Source of the DNA: a virus
Taxonomy: Duplodnaviria; Heunggongvirae; Uroviricota; Caudoviricetes
IMG/VR virus record: IMGVR_UViG_2029527006_000005
Strand: one strand, 5' to 3'
DNA: 64,000 nt
The notes below the pieces were generated by a model. It worked only from the letters and a program-made list of their open reading frames with translations, made no database searches and was not told the DNA's origin. A program made the translations under genes and the position numbers. Shown in pieces: positions 48,589 to 58,805 of the stretch (position 1 is the stretch's first letter; every line of letters starts with the position of its first letter).

Positions 48589-48912
48589 GCGTTGTTGAAT
48601 ATTAGCTGCACGTAGATTTGTTATTGCTTTGAAAATGAAACTACACACATGACACCCTGTTACAATAAACACAACAGCTAGTACATAGAACGTTCCTAAA
48701 TCGTATAGAGTATCGGCATCAAAGATAACACCTGATACTTTAAATGCAACCCCGACGAAACCCCATAATACGGCGGCGTAGTAAATGCTATGTCTGTTAA
48801 GCCAATCAGTAATAAAGCGTAGCTTGTCAGTACCGAAGACGTAATCCATGAAGTACATCACAAGAACACTCAGACTTAGGATAGAAATTATATCGGCAAC
48901 AATTCCAAACAT
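48574..48912 (-). CDS. Membrane protein
   Basis: Three hydrophobic segments. Confidence 0.75.
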   Translation of the reverse strand: MFGIVADIISILSLSVLVMYFMDYVFGTDKLRFITDWLNRHSIYYAAVLWGFVGVAFKVSGVIFDADTLYDLGTFYVLAVVFIVTGCHVCSFIFKAITNLRAANIQQRKKPR

Positions 48913-49033
48913 ATCTTATTCCTTCTCGTTTAGTACTTTAACGTACCATAATAATAGTTCAAGGTAGGACTCTTCAATTAGAGTCCGTTCTTTAGTTTGA
49001 CGCATACGGCGTATATCTTCAATAATCCACGTT

Positions 49034-49354
49034 TCAGGTTTCATTATGTTTAGCCTTGATAATATACTTTTCTCTGTACCAGTGAGCAAACGATGCAGAA
49101 TAGAGAATTATAATTGCAATGAAACCATATGCTAAGAATGAATTAGCAAAGGCCACTGCATCTGGCTTAGGATCAAAATAATTCATTCCCACCACGATAA
49201 TACCGTAACCACTATACAACTGGTGCATTACAAATGCCAGCCAAGCAGAATCTCTCATCTTTGCAAAGGTATCAATATTAAAATACCACTGCACTAGAAA
49301 GACAATTGAAAATAAAAACAAAAATGCATAACCTACTATACCGATGTAATACAT
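49034..49354 (-). CDS. Membrane protein
   Basis: Start MYYIG after GAGG; 3 TM-like segments. Confidence 0.75.
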   Translation of the reverse strand: MYYIGIVGYAFLFLFSIVFLVQWYFNIDTFAKMRDSAWLAFVMHQLYSGYGIIVVGMNYFDPKPDAVAFANSFLAYGFIAIIILYSASFAHWYREKYIIKAKHNET

Positions 49355-49356
49355 AA

Positions 49357-49716
49357 TTACCTCATGTTCTTTTTCTGTTTCAATTTGTTGTGGTATTTGG
49401 TTAACCCACGCGATGAAACAATTATCAAACCAACTATGCTTAGTACAATGCATATTAGTATTACAATGCATATAACAAACATACTTATTAGTATTAGTGG
49501 TTTAAATTGGATGTAGTAGAATAATAATGCAAGTGCTTCTAAAATAATACCTGCAATCATCCAAACAACTAATGTTCCCTCAGACGCTTCATCAATCTCA
49601 TCATACCAATCGTAAAGGATCTTGACGCAGAAGAACTTACCTAGTCCTAATATTGCGAAAAGACCCACAATGGCTGTATAGATTGAGAGAACAAGACGGA
49701 CTCTCTCATAATCCAT
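49357..49716 (-). CDS. Membrane protein
   Basis: 3 TM-like segments. Confidence 0.75.
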   Translation of the reverse strand: MDYERVRLVLSIYTAIVGLFAILGLGKFFCVKILYDWYDEIDEASEGTLVVWMIAGIILEALALLFYYIQFKPLILISMFVICIVILICIVLSIVGLIIVSSRGLTKYHNKLKQKKNMR

Positions 49717-49719
49717 AGT

Positions 49720-50019
49720 TTACCCCTTCTGTTCTTTTAGGAAGGACACACCACAACCAATGATCATGAGTACTGATAGTACTAAGAAGATGGTTAGTAG
49801 AATAGCACTACCAAACATCGCAGTAAAGGTTGGTGCGAATGCAAATAGAATGAGTAGTAATACTGTGTGCATAGTCTGTAGTACTACAGCACTACGACTA
49901 TTCTTTTCTAGGTAGAACTCAAAGAAGTCAGTAAAGAACGTGTCTTTAGCGATTGAGTACCAACCGAGTACGAGTACAACTGCTGTAATTAGAACTAAGA
50001 TTACATTTAGTACAAACAT
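49720..50019 (-). CDS. Membrane protein
   Basis: Start MFVLN after GGAG; 3 TM-like segments. Confidence 0.75.
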   Translation of the reverse strand: MFVLNVILVLITAVVLVLGWYSIAKDTFFTDFFEFYLEKNSRSAVVLQTMHTVLLLILFAFAPTFTAMFGSAILLTIFLVLSVLMIIGCGVSFLKEQKG

Positions 50020-50029
50020 AGTATCTCCA

Positions 50030-50797
50030 TTATTTTTCAAGGAACATATTTTCACACTTCTCTTCCCAATCGAACGGGAATTTATTGTACATACCACTGA
50101 TTAGTACTGGCATACGCAATGAAGGTGAGCGTAGTTTAGATTCATGTTTAAGCATCCAGTTCAGGATCATATCAGATCCCTGCTTATTGATGCCATGTTT
50201 AGCCAGCATGTTATGCTTGCTCATTAGGTTTTCGATATGTATCATTACTTCTTCATTGGTAAACAATTGCAGGTCAATGAAGATACTACGGGTAAGCAGT
50301 GCATCAACGTGTGGTGATAAAGCGTTCTCTGCTTTAGCCATACGAGCCAAGTTCTTATTCGTAATGAAGATAACCTTCCCACGGAAATCAAACTGCTGTG
50401 GGATACCGGATTCTGCCAGTACTTTCGAGCTTGTGATGTATGATACTACACGAGTGTCGGTAGTGTCAAGTACTGCTTTAAGCAAATCGATGGTTGTTTC
50501 GTTTGCGAATACATCAACGTCATCGAGCAGGAGAATGTCAGTACTGTGACGGCTTTCGTACAGTGCTTTGAACAGACCCATTGTGGTAATTTTACCACTA
50601 ATGCTTTTGTACGTACATTCTAAGTTGTCATGAGCTTTGAGCAGACGCTGTTCGATGTTATAGGTCTTACCGACACCACCCTTCCCACTAACGATCATGC
50701 TGTTAACGGTGCTCTCAGGAGCGATAAGGCATTCGAGAGCATCCATCATGCTATTGAAGTTCTTCTCAATTTGGATTGCTTTCTCTTCGCGTGTCAT
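50030..50797 (-). CDS. AAA+ family ATPase
   Basis: Walker A GKGGVGKT, Walker B LLLDDVD, VIFITN sensor 1; start MTREE after AAGGAG. Confidence 0.85.
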   Translation of the reverse strand: MTREEKAIQIEKNFNSMMDALECLIAPESTVNSMIVSGKGGVGKTYNIEQRLLKAHDNLECTYKSISGKITTMGLFKALYESRHSTDILLLDDVDVFANETTIDLLKAVLDTTDTRVVSYITSSKVLAESGIPQQFDFRGKVIFITNKNLARMAKAENALSPHVDALLTRSIFIDLQLFTNEEVMIHIENLMSKHNMLAKHGINKQGSDMILNWMLKHESKLRSPSLRMPVLISGMYNKFPFDWEEKCENMFLEK

Positions 50798-50961
50798 GGT
50801 AAGTCTCCTTCGTTTCGATGCAGATATAATAACAAAAGGGCTGACATGTGTCAACCCTTTATTTTAGAAATACTCACCATGACAGGCACAAAGATAGTTC
50901 GGTAATCCACAACCTTTGCATTCTTCAAATTCGTTGTATACAAATATAACTTTCATTTTAA

Positions 50962-51138
50962 CTACCTTAACAAATAAATTGCAGCTTCAATTAGGAATGT
51001 AAGTACTAAAGATACACAAGAAAGTGCTAATACCGCGATTCCGATTCCACCAACTAGTGGTGAAATAAAACCACCAATTAATAGGACAACTCCGATGACA
51101 ATACCTACAATGCTGTATCCAAAGATTTTCTCACCCAT
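50962..51138 (-). CDS. Small membrane protein
   Basis: 2 TM-like segments. Confidence 0.7.
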   Translation of the reverse strand: MGEKIFGYSIVGIVIGVVLLIGGFISPLVGGIGIAVLALSCVSLVLTFLIEAAIYLLR

Positions 51139-51140
51139 AA

Positions 51141-51401
51141 TTAGTACTCCCGTAATGAATCTTTCCAATCCATTTCTTCAAGGTCAACTTGACCCATGTC
51201 ATATTCGATTACTTCACCACACCAATCAGATACATTGAAATGGTATAGTTTGACGTATGGCTTCACAACGTCCATCCACAGGATGATCTCACCATCTTGA
51301 TCTACCGAGATGTACTTAGTATCTTCTGGTACAGTGAGAGTAAGATTAAAGTACTGAACGGTTTTCATCTTCTGACGTTTTGGTTCGCGAATTAGTTTCA
51401 T
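51141..51401 (-). CDS. Hypothetical protein
   Basis: ORF track; coupled to neighbours. Confidence 0.7.
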   Translation of the reverse strand: MKLIREPKRQKMKTVQYFNLTLTVPEDTKYISVDQDGEIILWMDVVKPYVKLYHFNVSDWCGEVIEYDMGQVDLEEMDWKDSLREY

Positions 51402-51661
51402 TTAAAGAAGTCCTCGTAGCATTTACATTCGTACTTATATTCCCCGCACTTACATTTATCACTTTCGCTGGGTTCATCATCTTGCATACACAACGATGCA
51501 AGAAGTACTAGTAGTGATAATACCATAAGAGGGATTCCCATGCAAGCAAAAACAAACGCGGCTGATTTGAATCCTACTACTGCACATGCCATACATACCA
51601 TAAGAAGTATGAGTGCTGACATAAAGAATGTACACCCAAAAGCTGATACTTTCTCTTTCAT
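51398..51661 (-). CDS. Membrane protein with Cys-rich tail
   Basis: 2 TM plus CKC..CKC. Confidence 0.7.
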   Translation of the reverse strand: MKEKVSAFGCTFFMSALILLMVCMACAVVGFKSAAFVFACMGIPLMVLSLLVLLASLCMQDDEPSESDKCKCGEYKYECKCYEDFFK

Positions 51662-51670
51662 ATTTTTACC

Positions 51671-52006
51671 TTATGCTAAATCGTTTTCATCATATGAAAT
51701 GCCATGATCAATGAAAGGCCAACCACCAGCACCAGTCATGATACCATCGACCTTAATGGCTCCAAACTCCCCACGGAAAGCTACAGTGATGTAGTCATTT
51801 TCATTACGAGTTACGTGAACGTTAGTAACTTTGCTGTAGTCCAGTGGGAACTTACCCAGACGTTTTACAGCGTATGATACACAACGTTTTACCAGACCTT
51901 TAGACAGTACTGAGTCGGGTACATCACGAATCCAGTACGTGGTCTTTTGATTTAAGAAATTCCATTCTGAATAGGATTCGGTTTTAGTACTGGTTACGTT
52001 CTTCAT
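51671..52006 (-). CDS. Hypothetical protein
   Basis: GGGG RBS. Confidence 0.75.
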   Translation of the reverse strand: MKNVTSTKTESYSEWNFLNQKTTYWIRDVPDSVLSKGLVKRCVSYAVKRLGKFPLDYSKVTNVHVTRNENDYITVAFRGEFGAIKVDGIMTGAGGWPFIDHGISYDENDLA

Positions 52007-52079
52007 GACTTCCCCTTATACCATAAATGAAATTCAACAAAAGAATACACAAAGAAGATGCACCACAGAATGTAAGCAA

Positions 52080-52307
52080 TCATGCGGTCACCACGAGGTA
52101 TTGTACCAAAGTTTTAGCTGCGTCGTCAAGGATAATGTTAGCTCCTTCATGCAACGTCATACCATTGGGGAAGTGTGTATTCTCACGCAGTAAGGCTTCT
52201 TTAGCCCACGTCGCACTGGTAATTATATCACTTGATTCCTCAGTTTTGCGGTACAAGCGACCATCAAATTCTAAGTACTCTACGTTGTTAATTAATGTGG
52301 TTTTCAT
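52080..52307 (-). CDS. Hypothetical protein
   Basis: GAGG RBS, cassette B upstream. Confidence 0.7.
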   Translation of the reverse strand: MKTTLINNVEYLEFDGRLYRKTEESSDIITSATWAKEALLRENTHFPNGMTLHEGANIILDDAAKTLVQYLVVTA

Positions 52308-52374
52308 TACTTAATCCTCTCGTTTCGATGTACATATAATACCAAAAGGGCTGACCGAAGTCAACCCTTCAATT

Positions 52375-52911
52375 TTAAAAATTATCGATTACACGCTGTA
52401 ATAGTTCAATGCGTTTTAAACCAAATTTAGTATCTTTATCCCACTTCTTAGGGTTATTTAAGTAACCAACTTTCTTGAGATCAGTACTACCAGTTTCCAT
52501 TTTACCTTCTACTGGATACGCCGCCTTGTTACCAAACCATTCTTCGAATAATGATATGAGTACATCAGAAGCATCGAAAACACCACCACAGGCTTTATCC
52601 ATGTTGTAGCAAATACCCTTGTCAGGGAATGGTACATTGGGGATAGCGTCTTTTAGCTGAACCAATTTAGAATAGAAGATGTAGTTCTTATCTACTTCTT
52701 GGAATTGGAAAGCATAGATCACCCCTGATACTTGGATGATGGAAGAAGATACGTGTTTGTCTTCTTCCTGATTTGCTTTGTGGATAATATCTCCCCACTC
52801 TTTCACGCTCATTTGGTATTTGGATTCTTTGAGATCACAGAAAGAGATTTCAGTTCCATCCAATACCCACTGCAAATATCCACGCTTTAGTGTATAGGTT
52901 AAAGTACTCAT
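52375..52911 (-). CDS. Hypothetical protein, GIC..YPVEG..W family
   Basis: C-terminal half paralogous to 62456 and 63603 genes. Confidence 0.8.
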   Translation of the reverse strand: MSTLTYTLKRGYLQWVLDGTEISFCDLKESKYQMSVKEWGDIIHKANQEEDKHVSSSIIQVSGVIYAFQFQEVDKNYIFYSKLVQLKDAIPNVPFPDKGICYNMDKACGGVFDASDVLISLFEEWFGNKAAYPVEGKMETGSTDLKKVGYLNNPKKWDKDTKFGLKRIELLQRVIDNF

Positions 52912-53219
52912 TTCTTCTCTACCTCTTTATGTTCTGATACTTCTGGAACAGCAGTTACATAGTACTGTGATGCGTCACCAGTTGCATAAGGGCTACGCAT
53001 TGCAATCTTACGTGCAGCCTTTTCACACGCTTCAATAGCTTCATCTAAGTCATTGAAGGTAGTCTTCTCTGGACCTTTAAAAGCATCTACGCACTTAATG
53101 AATACACGCTCGTAAGCAGTCTGATCCATTTTCACTTCGTACTTAGTATTAGGCAGACGGTTATCCGCTTGAGAGAAGAACGGCACTACCAGAAGTGCAA
53201 TAGCAATAATATTTTTCAT
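52908..53219 (-). CDS. Exported protein
   Basis: Signal peptide MKNIIAIALLVVPFFSQA. Confidence 0.75.
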   Translation of the reverse strand: MKNIIAIALLVVPFFSQADNRLPNTKYEVKMDQTAYERVFIKCVDAFKGPEKTTFNDLDEAIEACEKAARKIAMRSPYATGDASQYYVTAVPEVSEHKEVEKK

Positions 53220-53476
53220 TCAAATAACTCCGTAACTATAAAGAAAATCATGAAAAGAATCATACCGAATGCCATTCCTACTACAAATGAACTGATGGTT
53301 AGTTTGGCCCAATCACCGATGTTTTGCAATAGGTCTTGTGAAATTCCAATACCTGAACCAATTAGGAAGATCACTATCATTGATAATCCCATTAGTTTGA
53401 ACAATCCCATTTCGGAATCTTCAATGTTGAGGAACCACAATTGGCATACTTTAGACTTTTGGTGTACCCCACGCAT
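53216..53476 (-). CDS. Membrane protein (start uncertain)
   Basis: 2 TM-like segments. Confidence 0.6.
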   Translation of the reverse strand: MRGVHQKSKVCQLWFLNIEDSEMGLFKLMGLSMIVIFLIGSGIGISQDLLQNIGDWAKLTISSFVVGMAFGMILFMIFFIVTELFE

Positions 53477-53726
53477 AGATTTTACATCCTTCTGGAAGAT
53501 TACATTTACGGTCTAGTAGTTTCTGGTACTCTTCTTTGGAGTCTATTTTATCCGACTCATCGAGTACAACTACATAACCTGTTTCTGAGGCCCACTTGAT
53601 TGCAGCGGCATCAGTACTGAAGTGCATCACATAACCGTCTGCATCTCCCATTAGATTACCTTTGCGATAACCAGATTCAATCTTCAATGCGGTACGGTTG
53701 TCATGTTTACTTAATGATACTTGCAT
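53451..53726 (-). CDS. Hypothetical protein
   Basis: AGGAGG RBS. Confidence 0.75.
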   Translation of the reverse strand: MQVSLSKHDNRTALKIESGYRKGNLMGDADGYVMHFSTDAAAIKWASETGYVVVLDESDKIDSKEEYQKLLDRKCNLPEGCKIYAWGTPKV

Positions 53727-53792
53727 GGTTCCTCCTTTGTTTCTGTACAGCTATAATAACAAAAGGGCTGACTAGTGTCAACCCTTTCTTTA

Positions 53793-53975
53793 TTAATAAA
53801 CGTCAGAGTTCCAGTACTCAATACCTTCCTTCAGTAGTTCAACTGCCATACGTTTGGCCTTACGTGCTGGCTGGCGGTAACCCAGAACGAAGTGGGCTTT
53901 TACATCTTTGATGCTGGTTTCTTCACGGTACAGTGAATCCATAATGCGATTGCGATCATAGCGTTTGAGTTTCAT
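53793..53975 (-). CDS. Hypothetical protein
   Basis: ORF track. Confidence 0.65.
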   Translation of the reverse strand: MKLKRYDRNRIMDSLYREETSIKDVKAHFVLGYRQPARKAKRMAVELLKEGIEYWNSDVY

Positions 53976-54179
53976 TTATTCACCTTTCTTTTCTTCGGGT
54001 TTGTGTTTAGCCGTACACCATGCGTTAACATAGGTAATCGGACCAATCTTACCATTACGAACAAATGCACGTGCAGATTCTTGACAGTCGTCATACACCG
54101 GGAAGTCAGACGTTGTTACACCACCACCACCATTAGAAGTGGTAAACATCATTGTGAGCATGAATACTTTAATCATCAC
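53976..54179 (-). CDS. Small exported protein
   Basis: Hydrophobic N-terminus, two Cys. Confidence 0.65.
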   Translation of the reverse strand: MMIKVFMLTMMFTTSNGGGGVTTSDFPVYDDCQESARAFVRNGKIGPITYVNAWCTAKHKPEEKKGE

Positions 54180-54186
54180 TTAATCC

Positions 54187-54444
54187 TCAGTATTGTAAAA
54201 ATTCGATTACACAATCATATTCATCGAATGTTATGACTGCATTGTACGTTTGACAAAACACATTTAATTCCGCGAACGTAGTGAATGGCAATTCCAGTAC
54301 TGTATCAGCTTTAATGCTAATATCATCGTATGGAATACTATATTCAATACCATGTTCTTCTAAGCACTGAACTGCTTTAGTACCACGTGTAATGATAATG
54401 TAATCATCACAACGACGAATGCTTTCAAACTTTAATTTAATCAT
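54187..54444 (-). CDS. Hypothetical protein
   Basis: GAGG RBS; similar to 61391..61732. Confidence 0.7.
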   Translation of the reverse strand: MIKLKFESIRRCDDYIIITRGTKAVQCLEEHGIEYSIPYDDISIKADTVLELPFTTFAELNVFCQTYNAVITFDEYDCVIEFLQY

Positions 54445-54512
54445 TACTTAATCCTCATTCGTTTCGATAGAGCTATAATAGCAAAAGGGCTGACTCTCGT
54501 CAACCCTTTATT

Positions 54513-55091
54513 TTAAACCGGACACATATTATCTGGTGTTGGCATCTTTGACTTCGGTTTAGGCTTCTTGTCCTTGTCAAATGGATTTTTAGGCTTCTGT
54601 GGCTTCTTCACCGCAGGTTTCTTATCCTTTGGTGGCACTGGCTCGCCTATCTTCTTAGGCTCTGTAGCGGGGCATACAGCGGGTTCTGGAAGGGGTACAT
54701 CACATGCCTCTTCCTCTTCTTCTGCTGGAGGTTGTTCAAACTCTTCGCAGTTATAGAAGTTTACGCTATCACCACTAACAGTATTTTGGAATTGGAATTC
54801 CTTATTACCTAAGTTGTCTTCAGTAGCAGTAGTTGCTACGTTAGTACAGTAAGCTACGTTATCCATTTCTTTACTTTTTAGACGAATAGAGTTCGTCTTC
54901 AATGCAAACAATGAACCACTGGTGTAGCTATCCTTATTGTCGAAGGTAGTGAATGATACACTATCACCATTATCGGTGATGACACCTTTAGTGAACGTAC
55001 CATTACTTCTGGCTACACTGCACTGGTACTGTGTTGCTAGTACTGGAGTACAGAAGAGTGACAGTACTACTGTCATCAAGAGTTTCTTCAT
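54513..55091 (-). CDS. Exported protein with Pro/Lys-rich tail
   Basis: Signal peptide MKKLLMTVVLSLFCTPVLA. Confidence 0.8.
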   Translation of the reverse strand: MKKLLMTVVLSLFCTPVLATQYQCSVARSNGTFTKGVITDNGDSVSFTTFDNKDSYTSGSLFALKTNSIRLKSKEMDNVAYCTNVATTATEDNLGNKEFQFQNTVSGDSVNFYNCEEFEQPPAEEEEEACDVPLPEPAVCPATEPKKIGEPVPPKDKKPAVKKPQKPKNPFDKDKKPKPKSKMPTPDNMCPV

Positions 55092-55312
55092 ATAAAACCC
55101 CGTTCCTCTTCGAACAATTTGTCGATGTGGTTATCCAATTGGATATCCATTAAGCGATCATATGCTTTCCCACGTGGGAATAGTTTGCGAGTGTGCTTAT
55201 CCGCTCCCCATGAACCGTAGTGTGATTTACGGTATGCGTGATTGTAGAAATTGGCGGTTAAATTACTGTTATCACCGCATGGATCTTCTTTAGAAAAATA
55301 ATAGTTTTTCAT
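55088..55312 (-). CDS. Hypothetical protein
   Basis: ATGA overlaps. Confidence 0.7.
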   Translation of the reverse strand: MKNYYFSKEDPCGDNSNLTANFYNHAYRKSHYGSWGADKHTRKLFPRGKAYDRLMDIQLDNHIDKLFEEERGFI

Positions 55313-55548
55313 TCCTCTTCTTCCTCTTCGTCTTCATCCCAACAAGTAATGATTAGATCACCACGTTCTTCTTGTGGTTCATGTTCACGATAGTGGTCTT
55401 TGGCACAAGTAGCTTCATCAATGCCATAGCCATTGGACTCAAAGAGTACGCGAGCTAACTCACCATCTGGACGTGTATCAGGCCAGTCTTTGATTAGTTC
55501 TTTCAAGTCACGTACTGTCATACCTTCATCGAAAATGAATTTCATCAA
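55309..55548 (-). CDS. Hypothetical protein (GMTVRxLKELIKDWP paralog)
   Basis: Paralog of 56770..56973. Confidence 0.75.
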   Translation of the reverse strand: MMKFIFDEGMTVRDLKELIKDWPDTRPDGELARVLFESNGYGIDEATCAKDHYREHEPQEERGDLIITCWDEDEEEEEE

Positions 55549-55887
55549 TTAACCCTCTTTACTTTCGTAAAATTGGAGTAGTGTGTTAATACCGGAATTA
55601 TCTTTATCGATCCGCATTTGAATTTTTTTTGCTTCAATGTGTTCATTAGCCCACTTTACCATATTACTCATGGTTGGGTGTGAGATGAACATAATACATT
55701 CACCTACGCTTGTATCAGTAGCTTTCAGTACATTGTTAAATGCATCAATATTAACTGATACGGCACGAAACTTATTACGAATTGTATAGATATAATGATC
55801 ACGACCATTATCGATTTGTGCTTCAAAATCGTCCGGGTGGCTTTTCATTAATTCAAAGAATTGTTCACCTGCTTCATATTTTTTCAT
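55549..55887 (-). CDS. Hypothetical protein
   Basis: GAGG RBS. Confidence 0.75.
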   Translation of the reverse strand: MKKYEAGEQFFELMKSHPDDFEAQIDNGRDHYIYTIRNKFRAVSVNIDAFNNVLKATDTSVGECIMFISHPTMSNMVKWANEHIEAKKIQMRIDKDNSGINTLLQFYESKEG

Positions 55888-56114
55888 GCTGTGACCTCTT
55901 CAATAAGTTTGTTCACGTATGCTTCTTGTTTAGAAATCTCTACATCCAATTGCGTATTGTCTTTCCCTTCGTAAAGGTTACGCATATACAGACAACGCAT
56001 AGTACACAGATCACTAACACCTTTCTTCAGAAGATGACGAGTCATGTTCATATAATACCTCTTAATCGAATATAGGATCTTCTTCGGTGATCGGAATCTC
56101 ACGACGCAAATCAC
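55884..56114 (-). CDS. Hypothetical protein (true start probably the later ATG after GAGG)
   Basis: ORF track. Confidence 0.5.
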   Translation of the reverse strand: MICVVRFRSPKKILYSIKRYYMNMTRHLLKKGVSDLCTMRCLYMRNLYEGKDNTQLDVEISKQEAYVNKLIEEVTA

Positions 56115-56703
56115 CGCCTAATGGATCAGTAATGAAAACATCACCGTTTCCATCTACCATTATATTACCAGTGTGAATGTCCAATGTAAAGCGTTTTCCA
56201 AAGGTATTTGCAATCTCTCGTGCTAACTGATAAATGGCAATCTGTTCATCTGTACCCTGTGGAAACTCACCAGAATCGCTGTACTGACCTGCATGAGCAT
56301 AGCTATACATGTCCTCACCCTTGATGCTAACAAACGCCTCATAGCCGTTACAGGGCATTACAATAGGGTAGTACTTATCCATTTCATACCAAGCGAAGTT
56401 ACCTTTCTCTTGAGCACTATGGATAACTGGAATGTACTCTTTATCTGCGTTCTCGATGCAGTACTGTGCATATTGACGGAACCCATCCCAACGCGAAGTA
56501 GTTACCTTGAACGCACGACCGGGATACAAAGAATGCTCTACTACAATAGCATACATACCCATACCAAGTACTGTTAAGCCTTGAGCTTGTACTCTAGGAT
56601 AGATGTACTCTTGTGCATCATTAATGTTGAACTCCATCATGCGACGTACATTCTCAGGACGTAGGATTGTAATTAATGTTTTAAAGATTTCATTCTTAGT
56701 CAT
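56062..56703 (-). CDS. Protein kinase, T7 gp0.7 kinase-like
   Basis: LGMGMYAIV, AFKV, DIHTGNIMVD, ITDP; start MTKNE. Confidence 0.75.
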   Translation of the reverse strand: MTKNEIFKTLITILRPENVRRMMEFNINDAQEYIYPRVQAQGLTVLGMGMYAIVVEHSLYPGRAFKVTTSRWDGFRQYAQYCIENADKEYIPVIHSAQEKGNFAWYEMDKYYPIVMPCNGYEAFVSIKGEDMYSYAHAGQYSDSGEFPQGTDEQIAIYQLAREIANTFGKRFTLDIHTGNIMVDGNGDVFITDPLGGDLRREIPITEEDPIFD

Positions 56704-56769
56704 AATGTTCCCCGGTCTAGTTGTGTAATAATTATAACAAAAAGGGCTGACCGAAGTCAACCCTTTTTC

Positions 56770-56973
56770 TTACCAACCGTGACTGATTAAAACATCACTG
56801 CAATCATTTTCATCTAAATTGAGAGTACTAATCTCAATAGCAGCATTGCTATACCCAGCGGCATCACCCAACCATACTTCAGTTGGTGTACCATCTGCAC
56901 GTTCTTCAGGCCAATCTTTGATTAACTCTTTCAGTTCGCGTACTGTCATACCGTTCTCAAATTCTTTAATCAT
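56770..56973 (-). CDS. Hypothetical protein (GMTVRxLKELIKDWP paralog)
   Basis: Paralog of 55309..55548. Confidence 0.75.
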   Translation of the reverse strand: MIKEFENGMTVRELKELIKDWPEERADGTPTEVWLGDAAGYSNAAIEISTLNLDENDCSDVLISHGW

Positions 56974-57197
56974 ATATCCAACTCCATTATAGCTGTTGCG
57001 AAACCAGTAGCCATTGCTGCTGCACCAAATGCACCAAGTAATCTTGCTACTACGTCAGATTGTTGCCATGAATCCCACATTATACCTAGTGAGTCCCACT
57101 GCTGATAGAAGGGTATACCAAATGCTAGCAACAAACATATACCAAATGAAATGTTAAACCCTAACATAATTCTAATTTCTTTCATACCAACTTCCAT
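56970..57197 (-). CDS. Small membrane protein
   Basis: 2 TM-like segments. Confidence 0.7.
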   Translation of the reverse strand: MEVGMKEIRIMLGFNISFGICLLLAFGIPFYQQWDSLGIMWDSWQQSDVVARLLGAFGAAAMATGFATAIMELDI

Positions 57198-57504
57198 TAC
57201 GAGTACATTTCAATTCGAAATGATCCGCACAACCATCTAGGTATGCCATACTAATAACCAACTCTGAATACTCAGGATGTTTATCTTTAACACTCAGTAC
57301 AGTATCATAAGAACTGTTTGCAACTACCATAAAGGCTAATGGTAAATGTTCATTGAATTTCTGTACAGTAATACCTTGTGAACTAAACTTCTTATTGAAG
57401 CGTTCGATGATATTGTGCTCTACTTCAGGAACATTTAGTACTTTAGTAGGGTCTTTCTTTGCGTACTGAATTACCCCAGACTTCGTTGTAGTACTGAAAT
57501 TCAT
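57172..57504 (-). CDS. Hypothetical protein
   Basis: Start MNFST after AGGAG. Confidence 0.7.
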   Translation of the reverse strand: MNFSTTTKSGVIQYAKKDPTKVLNVPEVEHNIIERFNKKFSSQGITVQKFNEHLPLAFMVVANSSYDTVLSVKDKHPEYSELVISMAYLDGCADHFELKCTRNGSWYERN

Positions 57505-57842
57505 TTCTTCTCCTTGAAACAAGTAACATGGCTTTTCCGCTTCTCTTCTAGTGAATCGTTATGTTCACTACCGAATACAAATTCAACTGAATTACGGGAA
57601 AGGTCAACACTTGTTACTAGGTATCCGCGATACTCATCGCTTATGTCAACACTTTCTAATTCCTTGCGTGTAGTACTGAATTGTTCAGTTTCACTGTACC
57701 CTACTTTTGGGTACGCAAAGAAATAGCAACTGTACTGTGCAGTTTTCTTCTTCTGCATGGCTTCATTATACACGTAATAGAAACCAGATGAAATAGTCAA
57801 AAGGATCACGAGCATCAATAAATTTTGGAAAAAGAGTTTCAT
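57501..57842 (-). CDS. Membrane-anchored protein
   Basis: N-terminal TM. Confidence 0.7.
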   Translation of the reverse strand: MKLFFQNLLMLVILLTISSGFYYVYNEAMQKKKTAQYSCYFFAYPKVGYSETEQFSTTRKELESVDISDEYRGYLVTSVDLSRNSVEFVFGSEHNDSLEEKRKSHVTCFKEKK

Positions 57843-58177
57843 TAAATCTCCTTGAAATTTTTACGCCAATCACCAATTTTATCAAATAAGTACAAGATAA
57901 TTGCACCACACAGTAGTAGTCCTAGCATAATTGTTCCTAGACTATACCCATTAAAATGCTGGTAGTCAACAACAAATGTGGTCCAGAATACCATCATACC
58001 AATAACGAATGTAAACACGCTACACATGATTGTATCAACATTGCAAGTACAACCAATGGTCTTCAACATAGTTGTGCGTTTAAAGAATGCTAACATCCAA
58101 ATAACAATTGCATACAAAACTGCTAAAAATGATACTACTCTGGTTAAACCATTTAGTACTTCAGGTAATATTTCCAT
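57842..58177 (-). CDS. Membrane protein
   Basis: 3 TM; paralog of 58179..58505. Confidence 0.75.
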   Translation of the reverse strand: MEILPEVLNGLTRVVSFLAVLYAIVIWMLAFFKRTTMLKTIGCTCNVDTIMCSVFTFVIGMMVFWTTFVVDYQHFNGYSLGTIMLGLLLCGAIILYLFDKIGDWRKNFKEI

Positions 58178-58178
58178 C

Positions 58179-58505
58179 TTAGGACTCCGGTATTTTATCA
58201 CGCCAAGAGGATATTTTCACCAAAGACAAATATACCAAATAGCAAAGTGTTAGTACTACTAGAATAATAAAACCAACAGAGAAACCACCACTTGCTGGTT
58301 TAATTAAACATCCAATAGAAAATATAATACCCATGAAGAGAACAATAAAACTCCAAAACCCTTCCATACCATCATGTGGTGTTATTTTTCTAAGCCATGT
58401 TTTCTTTTTAAAAAAGAGAAGCATGTAGACTAGTACTGAATAAAGAACCATACCAACGGAAGACAATACTGCAATGTCATTGGCAATGACATAAACAAGT
58501 TCCAT
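58179..58505 (-). CDS. Membrane protein
   Basis: 3 TM; paralog of 57842..58177. Confidence 0.75.
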   Translation of the reverse strand: MELVYVIANDIAVLSSVGMVLYSVLVYMLLFFKKKTWLRKITPHDGMEGFWSFIVLFMGIIFSIGCLIKPASGGFSVGFIILVVLTLCYLVYLSLVKISSWRDKIPES

Positions 58506-58514
58506 ACTAACTCC

Positions 58515-58748
58515 TTAACAGTTAGGTGGGATAGTAATACCACCGGAAGAACGACAGCGAGAAAGATAGTCAGCACTGTTACGATCATAACGCTTTTGAA
58601 GTTCAATCTGTTTCTCTTGTACTTCCGCGAGATTTAGAAGGAGGCTCTTAGCTAGTTCGCGTAGCTCTTTCTTTCCCATTGAATCAATTTGTTCTAGTGT
58701 TTCTTTCAGTACTGGAGGATAGTCATTGTAATTCATTTCTTCGAACAT
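58515..58748 (-). CDS. Hypothetical protein
   Basis: GAGG RBS, own promoter. Confidence 0.7.
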   Translation of the reverse strand: MFEEMNYNDYPPVLKETLEQIDSMGKKELRELAKSLLLNLAEVQEKQIELQKRYDRNSADYLSRCRSSGGITIPPNC

Positions 58749-58805
58749 CGTGTAGTCCTCTTAATTAATATGCAGGTATTATATCATACCTGCTAACGCT
58801 GTCAA

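Noticed and set aside
52779-52787. DnaA box (TGTGGATAA)
   Set aside because: Single copy inside a coding region; expected by chance
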